DNA of 64,000 bases from Candidatus Marinacidobacterales bacterium (GTDB lineage Bacteria; Acidobacteriota; Vicinamibacteria; Marinacidobacterales; DATDRI01). A program made the position numbers and the translations under genes. Below, in pieces: positions 1 through 10,771 of this stretch. Position 1 is the stretch's first letter, and every line of letters begins with the position of its first letter. Below the pieces are notes generated by a model. The model did not search any database and was not told where the DNA came from. It saw nothing but the letters and a program-made list of their open reading frames with translations. Location: contig CBDCNP010000002.1 in assembly GCA_965219415.1 (NCBI GenBank), positions 928,001 through 992,000 of the forward strand, given 5' to 3'.

Positions 1-1085
1 TGCGAGATGTCGACCAAGCGACCAAAACCAGGCGGGCAGTCGAAGATCTCGTCCGTGAGTACGAGCAAGCTTGGATGTTCATCCGGATCCGTGACGACGG
101 GAGCGGAAGTGTGAGCGGCTCCGATTGAGCCGCCACCAAAGGGGGGCACGTAATCGAGCCTCGAGATAATCGTTGGCTCGAAAGGATCGTTCACATCCAC
201 GATCACGAGGCCTGCGTCCCGCCACGCGATGTAGAGTCGCTTCTTGTGAAGCGTAATCTCGTGGCACCAGACTTTCTGTTCGGTTCCGTCAGGATTGAAC
301 CGATCGCGTCCTTCAAACTCCTCCCCTTGATGTTGCCCCGCGATGTGCAATGAGCTGGCAAGCGTGGGGGATGTCGAATCTCGATAGTCGATGATGAGCA
401 GCTCCTGGTTTCCTCCGGGAACGCCCAGTTTGCTGTCCGGCGTATTCGCACAGGCATAGACGAAACTGTCGTCGATCTCGAACCCGTGCGTCCTCCCAGA
501 ATCCCGAGTCAGGAAGAAAGCCAAAGGCTGGGGGTCGCGGGGATCGGAGATATCATGGAAGCTAATGCCAGCCCTGACCGGTTCGCCTGGGGGTGGCTGG
601 GTGGGGTTCGACGCGCGTGTGTCGTGTGTCGCAACCAAGATCTGCCGCATCGTGTTCAAACGAAGGTAGGGGCAACGCGTTCCTGGGTTGCACGGGATGA
701 AGCTCCACGCCTTCATGTTCTTCGGGTTGGACACGTCGGCGATGAGGATTCCGAAGAGCGTTGGCGGGCTATCGTAGCCGGCAAGGAAGGCGATGCCCTT
801 GTGAATCCGCGGTGTATTGAAGCCGGCCCCTAGACCGTTCTGTCGTGCGAAAAGAGTCAGCCAAGGGCCTTTGAAGTAGCTATGGCCCACTACCTCGAAG
901 TTCTTCAAACTCGAGAACGCTTCTGTTTCGCTGAGGGTTAGATCGAAAACGTCTTTACCTTCGGGCAACGATTTCTGTTCCACCTTCCTTCCCGGCCCTT
1001 GCCCGCATAGGAAATTCGGCTGGAACGCCAAGGCCACCGAGAACAATATCAACAGGCTCGCCACGACCCGAATCCTCGAGCTCAT
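1..1085 (-). CDS. Secreted LVIVD-repeat (beta-propeller) protein, runs off left edge
   Basis: Not in the ORF track; translated by hand from ATG 1085 (MSSRIRVVASLLILFSVALA, signal peptide-like). Repeats GILIADVSNP, GISFHDISDP, ELLIIDYRD, AGLVIVDVNDP, GRLVDIS. Confidence 0.8.
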   Translation of the reverse strand, partial: MSSRIRVVASLLILFSVALAFQPNFLCGQGPGRKVEQKSLPEGKDVFDLTLSETEAFSSLKNFEVVGHSYFKGPWLTLFARQNGLGAGFNTPRIHKGIAFLAGYDSPPTLFGILIADVSNPKNMKAWSFIPCNPGTRCPYLRLNTMRQILVATHDTRASNPTQPPPGEPVRAGISFHDISDPRDPQPLAFFLTRDSGRTHGFEIDDSFVYACANTPDSKLGVPGGNQELLIIDYRDSTSPTLASSLHIAGQHQGEEFEGRDRFNPDGTEQKVWCHEITLHKKRLYIAWRDAGLVIVDVNDPFEPTIISRLDYVPPFGGGSIGAAHTSAPVVTDPDEHPSLLVLTDEIFDCPPGFGRLVDIS

Positions 1086-1133
1086 CTCTCACCTCACCGA
1101 GAAAGAATCTCCTCCGGACGAGATTCGCCCCCC

Positions 1134-2456
1134 TCAGTCCAAAAAATACAATTTCCAGAAGCTAGTCTGGCCTTCATTTTCGGCAAGGTTAACGAGCTTG
1201 CCATCCTTGATGACCATCGACAACGTTCTAAGGTTGGAGATGTTCTCGAGTGGATTCTTTTCAACGACAATGAGATCGGCCAGCTTGCCGGCTTCGACGG
1301 TTCCTAGAACGTCCAGCATCCCCACCATCTCCGCGGAATTTCTCGTCGCCGCCATGATGGCGCCCATCTCGGTGATGCCGGAAAAAACCAGTTGCTCGAT
1401 CTCCAACATGCCTATCTCATCGATCGGATTGGAATCGCTCCCGGTAATGATCTTAACGCCGGCTTCGAAGGCCTTGTTCAATACCACCCGAGCACTGCGG
1501 GCCATCTCCGGTGATCGTTCATCGGCGTAAGCAACCAGAACCCTTCCCTCGACGACGTCTTCAGGTGACTCGAAACCCGCGTCCTTGATGAGCTGTTCCC
1601 GCTCGGCGATGTAGTCCGCGCTCAAGTTGCAAACGATGGTGGGATCGAGAAAAACATTCTTTTCGGCCATCAGGCGAATCGTTTCATCGGTCAAACGATT
1701 GCCGTGCTCTATACCGTCCACGCCGTGTACGATCGCGATGCGAGCAGTCTCGCCCCCGGAATGGGCGGTGATGGGAACGCCTTGTTTGTGGGCTTCATCG
1801 ATGGCGGCAAAGATCTCCTGAGAGTTCATCCGACTGGCGATAATCTTGATGATCTCGGCACCGTTCTCGACGTGATTCCTGACTATCTGCCGGATTTCCT
1901 CTGTACTGCTTGCGGAGACGACCAACCAGTCGTCCTCATCTCCAACCGAAATGGGATTGCCGGAAGGCACGATGCGCGGCCCCGCGAAGACACCCGCATC
2001 GAAAGCTTCTTTCCAGGCCACGTCCACAAAATCACGTTCGCCGGTCATCCTCAAAGAAGTAAATCCACCCTTCAAGGCATCCATGGCGTTGCGACCCGCC
2101 CGTATCGTCGCGCGCAAAAGCGGTTCATCGTCTAGCAACCCTTTAGGGTCCGGTAAAAGGTCCGCTAGGTGAGAATGGTTGTTCCACAGCCCGGGCAAAA
2201 CATAGCCACCCTCTAGATCCAGAACGCGAGTGTTCTCGTCGGCCTCAGAATCCGTGAACGGGGTAGAGCGAACCTCCGATATTCGATTGCCTTGGATAAT
2301 GACGGTAGCGTTCTCAATCGGAGGTTGCCCGGTGGCGTCGATCACGGTGCCATTGATCAAGACGGTCGTTTGCGTGACTTCCTGAGTAAACCCTAACCCC
2401 GCCGATGCGAGTATCAGCCCGACCAGTATCGCTGCATTTAACATCATTGCTATCAC
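1134..2456 (-). CDS. Secreted metal-dependent amidohydrolase (Amidohydro_1)
   Basis: Signal peptide; NHSH, K (IIKII), TAHS, IEHG and GSD ligands; C-terminal GTVEAGKLADLIVV. Confidence 0.9.
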   Translation of the reverse strand: MIAMMLNAAILVGLILASAGLGFTQEVTQTTVLINGTVIDATGQPPIENATVIIQGNRISEVRSTPFTDSEADENTRVLDLEGGYVLPGLWNNHSHLADLLPDPKGLLDDEPLLRATIRAGRNAMDALKGGFTSLRMTGERDFVDVAWKEAFDAGVFAGPRIVPSGNPISVGDEDDWLVVSASSTEEIRQIVRNHVENGAEIIKIIASRMNSQEIFAAIDEAHKQGVPITAHSGGETARIAIVHGVDGIEHGNRLTDETIRLMAEKNVFLDPTIVCNLSADYIAEREQLIKDAGFESPEDVVEGRVLVAYADERSPEMARSARVVLNKAFEAGVKIITGSDSNPIDEIGMLEIEQLVFSGITEMGAIMAATRNSAEMVGMLDVLGTVEAGKLADLIVVEKNPLENISNLRTLSMVIKDGKLVNLAENEGQTSFWKLYFLD

Positions 2457-2495
2457 CCTCCATGTTCAAGCCATGGAAACACCCGAGAGAGCGGA

Positions 2496-3536
2496 TCAAT
2501 CGGGCACGGACGTCTTCATCCAGTATGCGGTGTTGTGAAAATTGGCGACCACGCTACCCGGTGGCACTAAATGGTCACACGCGACCCGCGTCTCGTCGTC
2601 CAGTTTCATCTCGGCGACCGGCAACAGGTGCTCGAGATGCTGCAGCGTCCTCGTACCCAGAAGAGGCGCCGTGATCCCGGGTTGGTCCTTGCACCAAAGC
2701 ACCGCTAGCTGGGCCGCGGAAATCCCGAGCCGAGCCGCGATCTTGGCAAACTCGCGGCCGATCTCGATGCCGCGCCGCGTCACCCGATCGGCGTAAAAGC
2801 CGCCGCGCTTGGCCGCTCTCGAGTCGGCCGGATACTGCTCGGCATCCGCGTACCGGCCGGCGAGAACGCCCATCGCGATAGCGCCCCAAGAGATAATGCC
2901 CAGCCCATGCCGCTGGCACATGGGTACGAGCTCGTTTTCGATCCGCCGGTCGAGAAGATTGTACGGCGGCTGTTCCGAGGCATACCGCACGTATCCCTTC
3001 AGCTCCGACACCATGATCGCCTCCATGACCAACCAGGCGGGGTGGGTCGAGCAGCCTACGTAGCGCACCTTCCCTTGACGCACCAAGTCATCCAGAGCAC
3101 GTATCGTCTCGTCCAACGGAACGTCGAACGACGGACGATGGATCTGGTACAGGTCGATGTAATCGGTCTGTAGCCGCTTCAGCGCTTCCTCGCAGGCCCG
3201 CATGAGGTTCAGGCGCGAGTGTCCGGTGCGGTTAGGGCGCGTCTCGGGGACAAAGTCGTCCAGCGAAACGCCGCGCCGCCGCCAGCCGTGGTCGACTTTG
3301 GTAGCCAGTACGACGGAATGGCGAAGGCCGCGCTCCTTCACTGTCTTACCGATGATCGTCTCACTCATGCCCTCTGCATAGACGTCACCGGAATCGACGA
3401 GGTTGATGCCCGCCTCGAAGGCTCGGTTGAGGATTTTCGTCGCGTCCTCGGCCGATGTTGCGTCGCCAAAATTGTCGGAGCCGAGACATAGAGCCGAGAC
3501 CTTGACCCCGGTACGTCCTAGAACCCGGTATTCCAC
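2496..3536 (-). CDS. Aldo/keto reductase
   Basis: LGRTGVKVSALCLG, D-x4-Y, ATK, LQTDYIDLYQIH, QPPYNLL motifs. Confidence 0.95.
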   Translation of the reverse strand: MEYRVLGRTGVKVSALCLGSDNFGDATSAEDATKILNRAFEAGINLVDSGDVYAEGMSETIIGKTVKERGLRHSVVLATKVDHGWRRRGVSLDDFVPETRPNRTGHSRLNLMRACEEALKRLQTDYIDLYQIHRPSFDVPLDETIRALDDLVRQGKVRYVGCSTHPAWLVMEAIMVSELKGYVRYASEQPPYNLLDRRIENELVPMCQRHGLGIISWGAIAMGVLAGRYADAEQYPADSRAAKRGGFYADRVTRRGIEIGREFAKIAARLGISAAQLAVLWCKDQPGITAPLLGTRTLQHLEHLLPVAEMKLDDETRVACDHLVPPGSVVANFHNTAYWMKTSVPD

Positions 3537-3606
3537 AAGAGCACTCCCTTTGAGGCGACACTATACTCCGCCACACCTGGCCGCTGAAAGTGAATGAACT
3601 AGCCCT

Positions 3607-3636
3607 TTGACTTTTCGGCCCCCCCGAGACTATTTT
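3607..3636 (+). promoter_or_regulatory. Putative sigma70 promoter, probably leaderless transcript
   Basis: TTGACT(3607-12)-N18-TATTTT(3631-36); ATG at 3644 lies 7 nt downstream with no SD sequence. Confidence 0.4.
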
Positions 3637-3643
3637 CGGTCGC

Positions 3644-4095
3644 ATGGGGGACAAAAGAATCTATTACCGCGAGCTCAAGAAGTACAAGTACCAGCTCATG
3701 ACCGAGTACTCCCACTCGACGGATCTAGAGATCAACGGGGATATCGGCACCATCGACGACTACGTCTACCTGAGCAAGAACGGTGAGCTGGACTGAAGAA
3801 AAGCTACGCCTGGGATGGTCCGAGCGGGCCAACGGTCGACACTAAGAACTTCATGCGGGGTTCTCTCGTTCACGACGGACTCTATCAACTGATGCGGGAC
3901 GGACTTCTGGACCATGAGAAATACCGGAAAGACGACGACCTGCTGAGGGTCGTCTGCAAGGAGGATGGCATGTCCAGCTTCCGCGCCTGGTACGTGTACC
4001 GGAGCGTCCGCATCTTCGGCGGCTCCTCCGCGGAACCTCGGCCAAGGGAGCCTGCCGATTGCGTTTGGGCACCGACTCCTCCTCCCAGTGAATGA
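3644..4095 (+). CDS. DUF1353-like protein, frameshifted near 3790
   Basis: MGDKRIYYRELKKYKYQL...[shift]...YAWDGPSGPTVDTKNFMRGSLVHDGLYQLMR...RAWYVYRSVRIFG; the DG.S and HD.LY motifs are typical. Confidence 0.7.
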
Positions 4096-4173
4096 AGCCG
4101 TTAGGCCGAAGCTGAATCGCGATGTCAACCAGGAACACATCGCCGCCATTTTGACGCACGATTTTGGACGGAG

Positions 4174-6232
4174 GTGACCATGAGACCTTTCCTCGCAACC
4201 GCGATTGTATTTTCTGCAGTCACTAGCTTTGCCGAAGAATCGAACCGATTCGAGTACGTGGACGTATTCCAGCTCGAGTACGCCTCCGATCCACAGATTT
4301 CTCCAGACGGAACGCGCACCGTGTATGTCAGGAACTCCATGGATGTCATGGAGGATAGGAGGCGGTCGGAGCTCTGGCTGGTCAGCGCGGACGGCAACGA
4401 TCACCGCCGGCTCACCGCCGGCTCACCGCCGGCACCGGAAACGAATCCTCACCTCGCTGGTCACCGGACGGAACAAGGCTCGCCTATGTCTCGAGCGCGG
4501 AGGGATCTTCGCAAATTTTCCTCCGCTGGATGAAGACCGGACAGATCGCCGAGCTGACACAGCTTCTCAAGTCTCCGAGCGGTATCACCTGGTCGCCGAA
4601 CGGTGAACAGATCGCTTTCTCCACGCTCGTTCCCGAAGATCCGCACGCCTCGCCGAGCTTCCCGCAAAACCCGAGGGAGCCCAATGGGCCGATCCTCCCC
4701 GCGTAATCACCAGATTGAAGAATCGAGCCGATGGCGAGGGGTACGTGCCTCACGGTTACCATCATTTGTTCGTGCTCCCGGCCGATGGTGGAACACCGCG
4801 TCAGATCACCACGGGTTCCTTTCATCACCGGGACGCGCCGGCGTGGACTCCGGATGGGAATTACCTCGTTTTCTCGGCCAATCGGAATGAGGAATGGGAA
4901 TACGAATTCCGGAATTCCGAGGTCTACAAGGTATCTCTGTCCGATGGCAGCATCGCGGCGCTCACCGATCGAAACGGTCCTGATCACAGCCCCACCGTCT
5001 CTCCCGACGGGCGTCAGATCGCGTACTTGGGCTATGAAGATCGCATCCGCACCTACCAAGTGACACGGCTCTACGTCCAGAGCGCCGATGCGAGCGACAA
5101 ACGGCTCGTCACCGAGAGTTTGGATCGGTCCGTTTCCAATCCTGTCTGGTCACCGGACGGACGGGGCCTCTTCTTTCAGTACACCGACGAAGGGAATACC
5201 AAGGTCGCCCACGTCACGCTGGGAGGAAAGGTGACGATCCTCGCCAGTGACCTCGGCGGCACGTCCTACGGACGGCCATACGCCGGCGGCTCCTTTTCGG
5301 TGGCAGAGAACGGCCGGTTCGCGTTCACGCAGACGCGGCCAGAACGACTCGCCGACGTGGCAATGGGCTCGCGAGATAGCACCGGCGTCGAGCGGGTCAC
5401 GTCGTTGAACGACGATCTCTTTGGACACAAGACGCTGGGGAAGGTCGATGAGATCTGGTGGGAATCTTCTTTCGACAAGCGCCGGATACAAGGATGGATT
5501 GTGACACCGCCCGATTTCGATCCCAGCCGCAAGTATCCTCTTATTCTGGAAATCCACGGTGGGCCGATCTCCCATTGCGGTGACCGCATTTCTGCAGAAG
5601 TGCAGCTTTACGCATCGGCAGGTTACGTCGTGCTCTACGCCAATCCCCGGGGCAGCACGAGCTATGGCGAGGAGTTTGGCGACCTTCTCTACCACAACTA
5701 CCCGGGCGAGGACTACGATGATCTCATGTCCGGCGTGGACGCCGTGATCGCACGCGGCTACATCGACGAGGAGAACCTCTTCGTCACGGGTGGGAGTGCG
5801 GGCGGTATCATGACCGCCTGGATCGTCGGCAAGACGTCCCGCTTCCGCGCCGCCGTTGCCGCAAAGCCCGTCACCAACTGGTACAGCAAGGTCCTTACCG
5901 CAGACAATTGGTACGGGTATTACAACTATCGCTATCCCGGCTTGCCATGGGAAAATCCCGAAGCCTACTTGAAATTCTCGCCGATCTCCCTCGTGGGAAA
6001 CGTCACCACGCCGACCCTGCTCATGACGGGTGACGCCGACTTGAGAACGCCGCTTTCGCAGGCGGAACAATTTTTTCACGCGCTCAAGCTGCGCAAGATC
6101 GACACCGCGCTGGTGCGCATTCCCGGCGCCTCACACAACATCGTCCGCCGGCCGAGCCAGCTCATCACGAAAGTAGCTCACGTCTTGGCATGGTTCGAGC
6201 GCTACCGCACGCGGAATGCAAGAACTTCTTAG
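4174..6232 (+). CDS. S9 family peptidase (acylaminoacyl/dipeptidyl peptidase), frameshifted in the N-terminal propeller
   Basis: Signal peptide; PD40-type SPDG repeats; IHGGP, GGSAGG nucleophile, D (DLRTP), H (GASH). Confidence 0.92.
4401..4433 (+). repeat. 3 x 11-bp tandem repeat TCACCGCCGGC inside the S9 peptidase gene
   Basis: Seen directly. Two copies would read in frame as DHRRLTAGTGNESSPRWSPDG. Confidence 0.9.
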
Positions 6233-7651
6233 CGGATCAAAAGGATCTTTTCGTTGCGCGGGTAGAGTAGCTCGACCCCTTGTGCGGTGACGATGGTATT
6301 GTCCTCGAAATTGATTCGGAGGCGCCTGCCGCCGTAAGAAGGCATCGCGGTGTGGGTGATAAATTCGAACGAGAAGATGTTGTTCGGCTGGATGGTTAGG
6401 AGCGCCCGCAACGCCCGGAACGGCGCGATGGAGGGACCGACTGCTACCTGGCTGTTGCCGGTATTACCAACGACGTGGCAGTCGATCGAGATCCCGGTGA
6501 CGTCCGGCCGATCGAAACTCTCGACGATCTGGCGGTCGATGGCGCCATCGTTGACAAAGGGCGTATAGACGAAACCCTCCTCCTCAAGAGCACTCACCAT
6601 GGCCTCGAGTGTTTCGGCGGCGGTGCGGCCGACCTTGATGTTCCGGCGCATGATGTCGCGCGCACGGCGACCTTCGTCGAACGCACGCTGGGATGTCTGC
6701 CGGTACCGACGTCTCTCCCTCACGCAGGATGTATGCGTTCCGCTTCATATCGGTGCCGAAGTTCAAGTACTTGACACCCATGTCGAAGGACAGCAGATCT
6801 CCACGCTGAAAGGCGTACTGACGGGAGCGAAGTTCGGATCGCTCGGCCGCGGAAGAGTGAATGACTCCCGGCCTGCTGAGACCGAAGGACGACTGGAGCC
6901 CACGCTCCATCAATTGGTCCTGGACCCACCAAGCGACGTCCTCCCGCGTCGTGACGCCCGGCGTGATGACGTCGCGGGAGAGAGCCTGTTCCAAAATCCG
7001 GCGGGTCATTTCGCCCGCATTCGCGAAGGCGACGATCTCGGACTGTACGCGACGGACGCGAAAATCAGTGATGAGTTTCTCGCTGGAGACGAGCCGGGCC
7101 GCGAACGTTTCGCCCAGTGTCTCGACGAGTTTCTGATAGCCGGAGTGCGAGAGGCCGTCCGCGGCGGCCAGCCACGCCGAAGTGTTCACGGCGATGCGCT
7201 CCGGATCGCGCTCTTGCACGAACTGCCGCAGCTCCGTCGAATCATTGGACGGGTACCACGCATCCCAATCGGAGAAAGTAAAGATGTCGTAGGCACCGCT
7301 GGTGCGCATACCTTGCCCCCGCCCGGCGAGCACGGCGCGCTCGATCCGGTCGCCCCCCCGGTCGGTGAAGATGAAATAGCCGGCGGTTCCCCCCATGTCG
7401 AGCGACAGTGCGTCGGGATCTCCATCGCGGATGACGTGAATCCACATGTCGATGCCGTTGTCACGCATCGCACCCGGCAAGACGGTGTCGAACTTCTCCC
7501 GCTGAATCAGATCCAGTAGCTCGGCGCGGGCGCGGGCTTCCTGCGCCGCTAAATCGAGTGCCGCGGCGAGACATGCGATCGCGACCAGCATCCCCTTCCT
7601 GACCATGGTCCTTCTCCTTCCTGGCCAAGCGCCCGCAGGATAGACTATCAC
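6229..7651 (-). CDS. Secreted M24 (Xaa-Pro aminopeptidase-like) metallopeptidase, frameshift near 6695
   Basis: Pita-bread-fold ligands FDMG, GTDMKR, DCH, SFE, FEDN across ORFs 6584-7651 and 6229-6723; likely start near MVRKG. Confidence 0.8.
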
Positions 7652-7666
7652 GCGCCTGGTATCATG

Positions 7667-7696
7667 TTTACAGTATCACGTGTTCCGTGATACCCT
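7667..7696 (+). promoter_or_regulatory. higBA promoter with palindromic operator
   Basis: TTTACA(7667-72)-N18-TACCCT(7691-96), overlapped by GTATCACG-N5-CGTGATAC (7673-7693). Confidence 0.7.
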
Positions 7697-7702
7697 TTAC
7701 GG

Positions 7703-7984
7703 GTGATCCGGTCGTTCCGTGACAAGGATGCCAAGAGTCTACTGGCCGGAAACGTAGCTCGTAGACTCAGGGCAGTCGCGAGGGTAGCACAGAGAAAACT
7801 GCGGCAACTGCACGCTGCTCATCGGCTGGAGGATCTGGCTACCTTCCCTGGCAACCGGCTGGAGGCACTCAAAGGCGACCGCCGTGGACAGCACAGCATT
7901 CGGATCAATGACCGACTCCGCATCTGCTTTGTTTGGCGTAACCGCGATGCGTATGACGTAGAAATCGTCGTCGACTATCACTGA
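7703..7984 (+). CDS. higB: RelE/ParE-family toxin HigB
   Basis: MIRSF.DK, PGNRLEALKGDRRGQHSIRINDRLRICF, terminal VDYH. Confidence 0.95.
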   Translation: MIRSFRDKDAKSLLAGNVARRLRAVARVAQRKLRQLHAAHRLEDLATFPGNRLEALKGDRRGQHSIRINDRLRICFVWRNRDAYDVEIVVDYH

Positions 7985-7999
7985 GACGGAGAGCCAACT

Positions 8000-8308
8000 A
8001 TGGTAAAAAAGAAGGCAACGCTTCCACCGGTTCATCCGGGCGAGATCTTGCGCGAAGATCTCATGCGGCCCTCGGGAATCAGCATCAATCGCCTCGCCCG
8101 AGACCTGAGGGTTCCGGTGACACGCATCAGCGAGATCGTGAACTGCCGGCGGGGTCTCAGTGCCGACACGGCACTGAGACTCAGCCGCTATTTTGGAAGT
8201 ACACCGGAGTTCTGGATGAACCTGCAGGCAGCGTATGACCTCGAAGTCGCCGGGCGAGAATCGAAACGCGAGATCGAGCGCGACGTGCACCCTCGCGAAG
8301 TCGCGTAA
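8000..8308 (+). CDS. higA: HigA antitoxin (HTH_3)
   Basis: PVHPGEILRE, LARDLRV, SADTALRLSRYFG, FWMNLQ. Confidence 0.95.
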   Translation: MVKKKATLPPVHPGEILREDLMRPSGISINRLARDLRVPVTRISEIVNCRRGLSADTALRLSRYFGSTPEFWMNLQAAYDLEVAGRESKREIERDVHPREVA

Positions 8309-8434
8309 TTCGCCCCGAGACATAGATGCCAGGAACTACGCATCGGGCGTGACACCATCCTTGTCGCGGTGTCGATGCCGATGATTTTTTTCTTCTCCCA
8401 TGCCCCTTGGTGGGCCGAGTAGTCCGTCGTCCGT

Positions 8435-8463
8435 TTGACCGGTCAACAACCGTCCCGTAGGAT
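8435..8463 (+). promoter_or_regulatory. Putative sigma70 promoter
   Basis: TTGACC-N17-TAGGAT; the -35 lies in palindrome TTGACCGGTCAA; GTTTC-N5-GAAAC downstream; SD GAGGAGGT before TTG 8554. Confidence 0.6.
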
Positions 8464-8553
8464 ACCTCTGGTTTCAAATGGAAACATTCGGACCGTTCAC
8501 CGCCGGCTCGGTGCGGCAAGGGTGCCGGGCCATTCTTCCGAGGAGGTGATCGC

Positions 8554-9218
8554 TTGACGCTTCAACCGTATGTCAAGGAAAGAATCCTCGCATTCCTGAT
8601 CATCCTAGCCCTATACCTCTTATCGGTCGCGCTAGGCATCTATACGTTGCCAGCCTATGAGCATGCTTCAGGCATCCGGGACATCGGCCACCTTTTCGTT
8701 CCATCACTATTGTCGATGTACGGACGGGAGACGACCCAATATATATGGTGGCTCGGCACTCTGCCAGAAGAGCTTCTCTACGGCGTGATCGTCCTTGTCA
8801 TACTGTTCACCGGCAAGGGCATCCGATTGGGGTTCTGTCTGTATGGAGTTTACTTCCTTCACTGGCTTTTCTTGCATGCAACCACCCTACCGGTGCCCGA
8901 CGATATGGTGGGACTATTTCCGGAGGGGGTGTTTACCCTTGCGAAATTGGACCGGCCGGATTTTTGGTTCAGCGGACATGTCGCGAACGGCTTCCTCATT
9001 GCCTTGGCGACCGCCAAGAGCCCGCATGGTTAAAGATTCTTGCCTGGGTTTTCTTTGTTTTCCAAATATATCTCGTGCTTGCGACGAGAACGCACTACAC
9101 CATCGATGTGCTGGGTGCCCTGTTTGTCGCCTTCACAGTCCACCATTTTTCGTTTGGGGCCGTAGCCGCCCTCAAGCGTTGGGCGGGCATGCCGGTGCCC
9201 CAGCCCACCGGCTCGTAG
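8554..9218 (+). CDS. Sphingomyelin-synthase-like / PAP2_C membrane phosphotransferase, frameshift near 9025
   Basis: Multiple TM helices; DFWFSGH and RTHYTIDV match the SMS-family catalytic motifs. Confidence 0.75.
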
Positions 9219-9220
9219 GA

Positions 9221-10737
9221 TCAAGCCAGCATTTTCCGGTAGTGGCGGTACCAGTCGCTCTGGAAGCGTTCGTTGGGATCGTATTTCACCTTGAGCGCCA
9301 GAAACTCCGGGAATTGGGGGTAACAGGCGAGCACTTGCTCCTTCGTCGCCCATTTGTGGTAGGTCAGGAAATAGTTGCCGCCCCGGCTGCGGGCGAGATC
9401 GATTAGTTTGCGGAAACAGCGCTTTGCGCGCTCGATCCCTTCCGTGTCATGGTCGACGTGGAGGTTCATAACGATCGAGGCGTAGGATTCCCTCGCCCAC
9501 GCAAGGAAACTCTCGTCGTCCTGCTCGATGAGCCGGACGGTCCCGTAGATTACACTTCCTTTCATCTCTCGCAGGACCCGTGCGGCCTCGGCGAGAAACC
9601 CGTCGAGCTCGCCGCGAGGCACATATAATTCTGTGAGCATCTCGCTACCGGGTACTTTCGCTCCCACTCGCTCATCGATATCCCGATGATAGTGGTCTGG
9701 GTAAATGGAGAGCTGCTGAGTGTCCGCCCAGTATATTTGTCCTGAGAGGTCGACGTGTAGTAGGCGGCATAGCGCCTAAACGCCTCCGCCTTGTCGGCGT
9801 GTGCCAAGTGCAGAAAGTTTACCCAGTCCTCCAAGGCGAGCTGCTTCTGGTCGTCTGGCATGGGTGTGTCTGCAGCTACCGGCCGGTAGCAAGGAAAAAT
9901 ACCCCGTGTGAGGAAGGTCTCAGAGGTTTCATCGGTCTCGAATTGGAAGTCTCCGTAAAGGAAGCCATCATCGATCCTCTGCTGAAAGGCTTCCGCAATT
10001 CCATCTGCGCCGCGCACTTCCACCACGCGTTCCACCTTTTGACGCTTCTTCAATCGAAGCCTAACCGAGTAGATGACACCAAAGAGACCATAGCCACCAA
10101 TCGCTAAGCCGAACAGCTCGGAATTCTCGCTCCGACTGCACGTTTGAACTTCACCTTTGGCGTCAACCAAGGTGAACGATTCGACGTCACCAATGATCGG
10201 TTTGAGAGTCAGGCCTCGTCCATGGCCGTTCGCCGAGAGAGCTCCTCCAAGCGCGAGGCGATCCGCACCCGTTTGCTTCTGGGCGATGCCCCACTCATTG
10301 GCGCTTCCCTTTTGCTCGGAAAGATACCAATCGATGAGATCCGGCCATTGGATGCCCGCCTCGACCTCGATGATCCCTGAGTCCGCGTCCAGGCCGAGCA
10401 CTCGCCTCATGGGCCGCGTGTCGAAGTGCACGGTGTCCGTGCCAAACTGCTGAGTCCCCATGGAGTGGCGGCCACCGGCCACGGATATCGGTTTGTCCTC
10501 CTGGGCCGCTCTATGGACCTGATCCACCAGCTCATCCATGGACCGGATCGGGACGACGCGATCGACTCGCGTGGCACTGAGCTGAGCATGGATGTCGTTG
10601 AGCTCGACGCCGCCGGGCGCGGCTTGACCAGGAGCTGTCGACTCCGTACTCGGCGAGCCCGTTTCTTGACGGCTACAGCCTGCAGGTGCCAACGCAAGTA
10701 AGCCGGCTGTCCGAAGAAAGTCTCTTCTGTTCATCAT
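9221..10737 (-). CDS. Tat-exported FAD-binding oxidoreductase (FAD_binding_4 / ALO-like), frameshift near 9740
   Basis: RRDFL Tat motif, AGGRHSMG, LGGALSANGHG, GGYGLFGVI, C-terminal KYDPNERFQSDW. Confidence 0.85.
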
Positions 10738-10771
10738 CCTGCGGTCCCTCCTTTGGATTCGTCCCGTCCTG

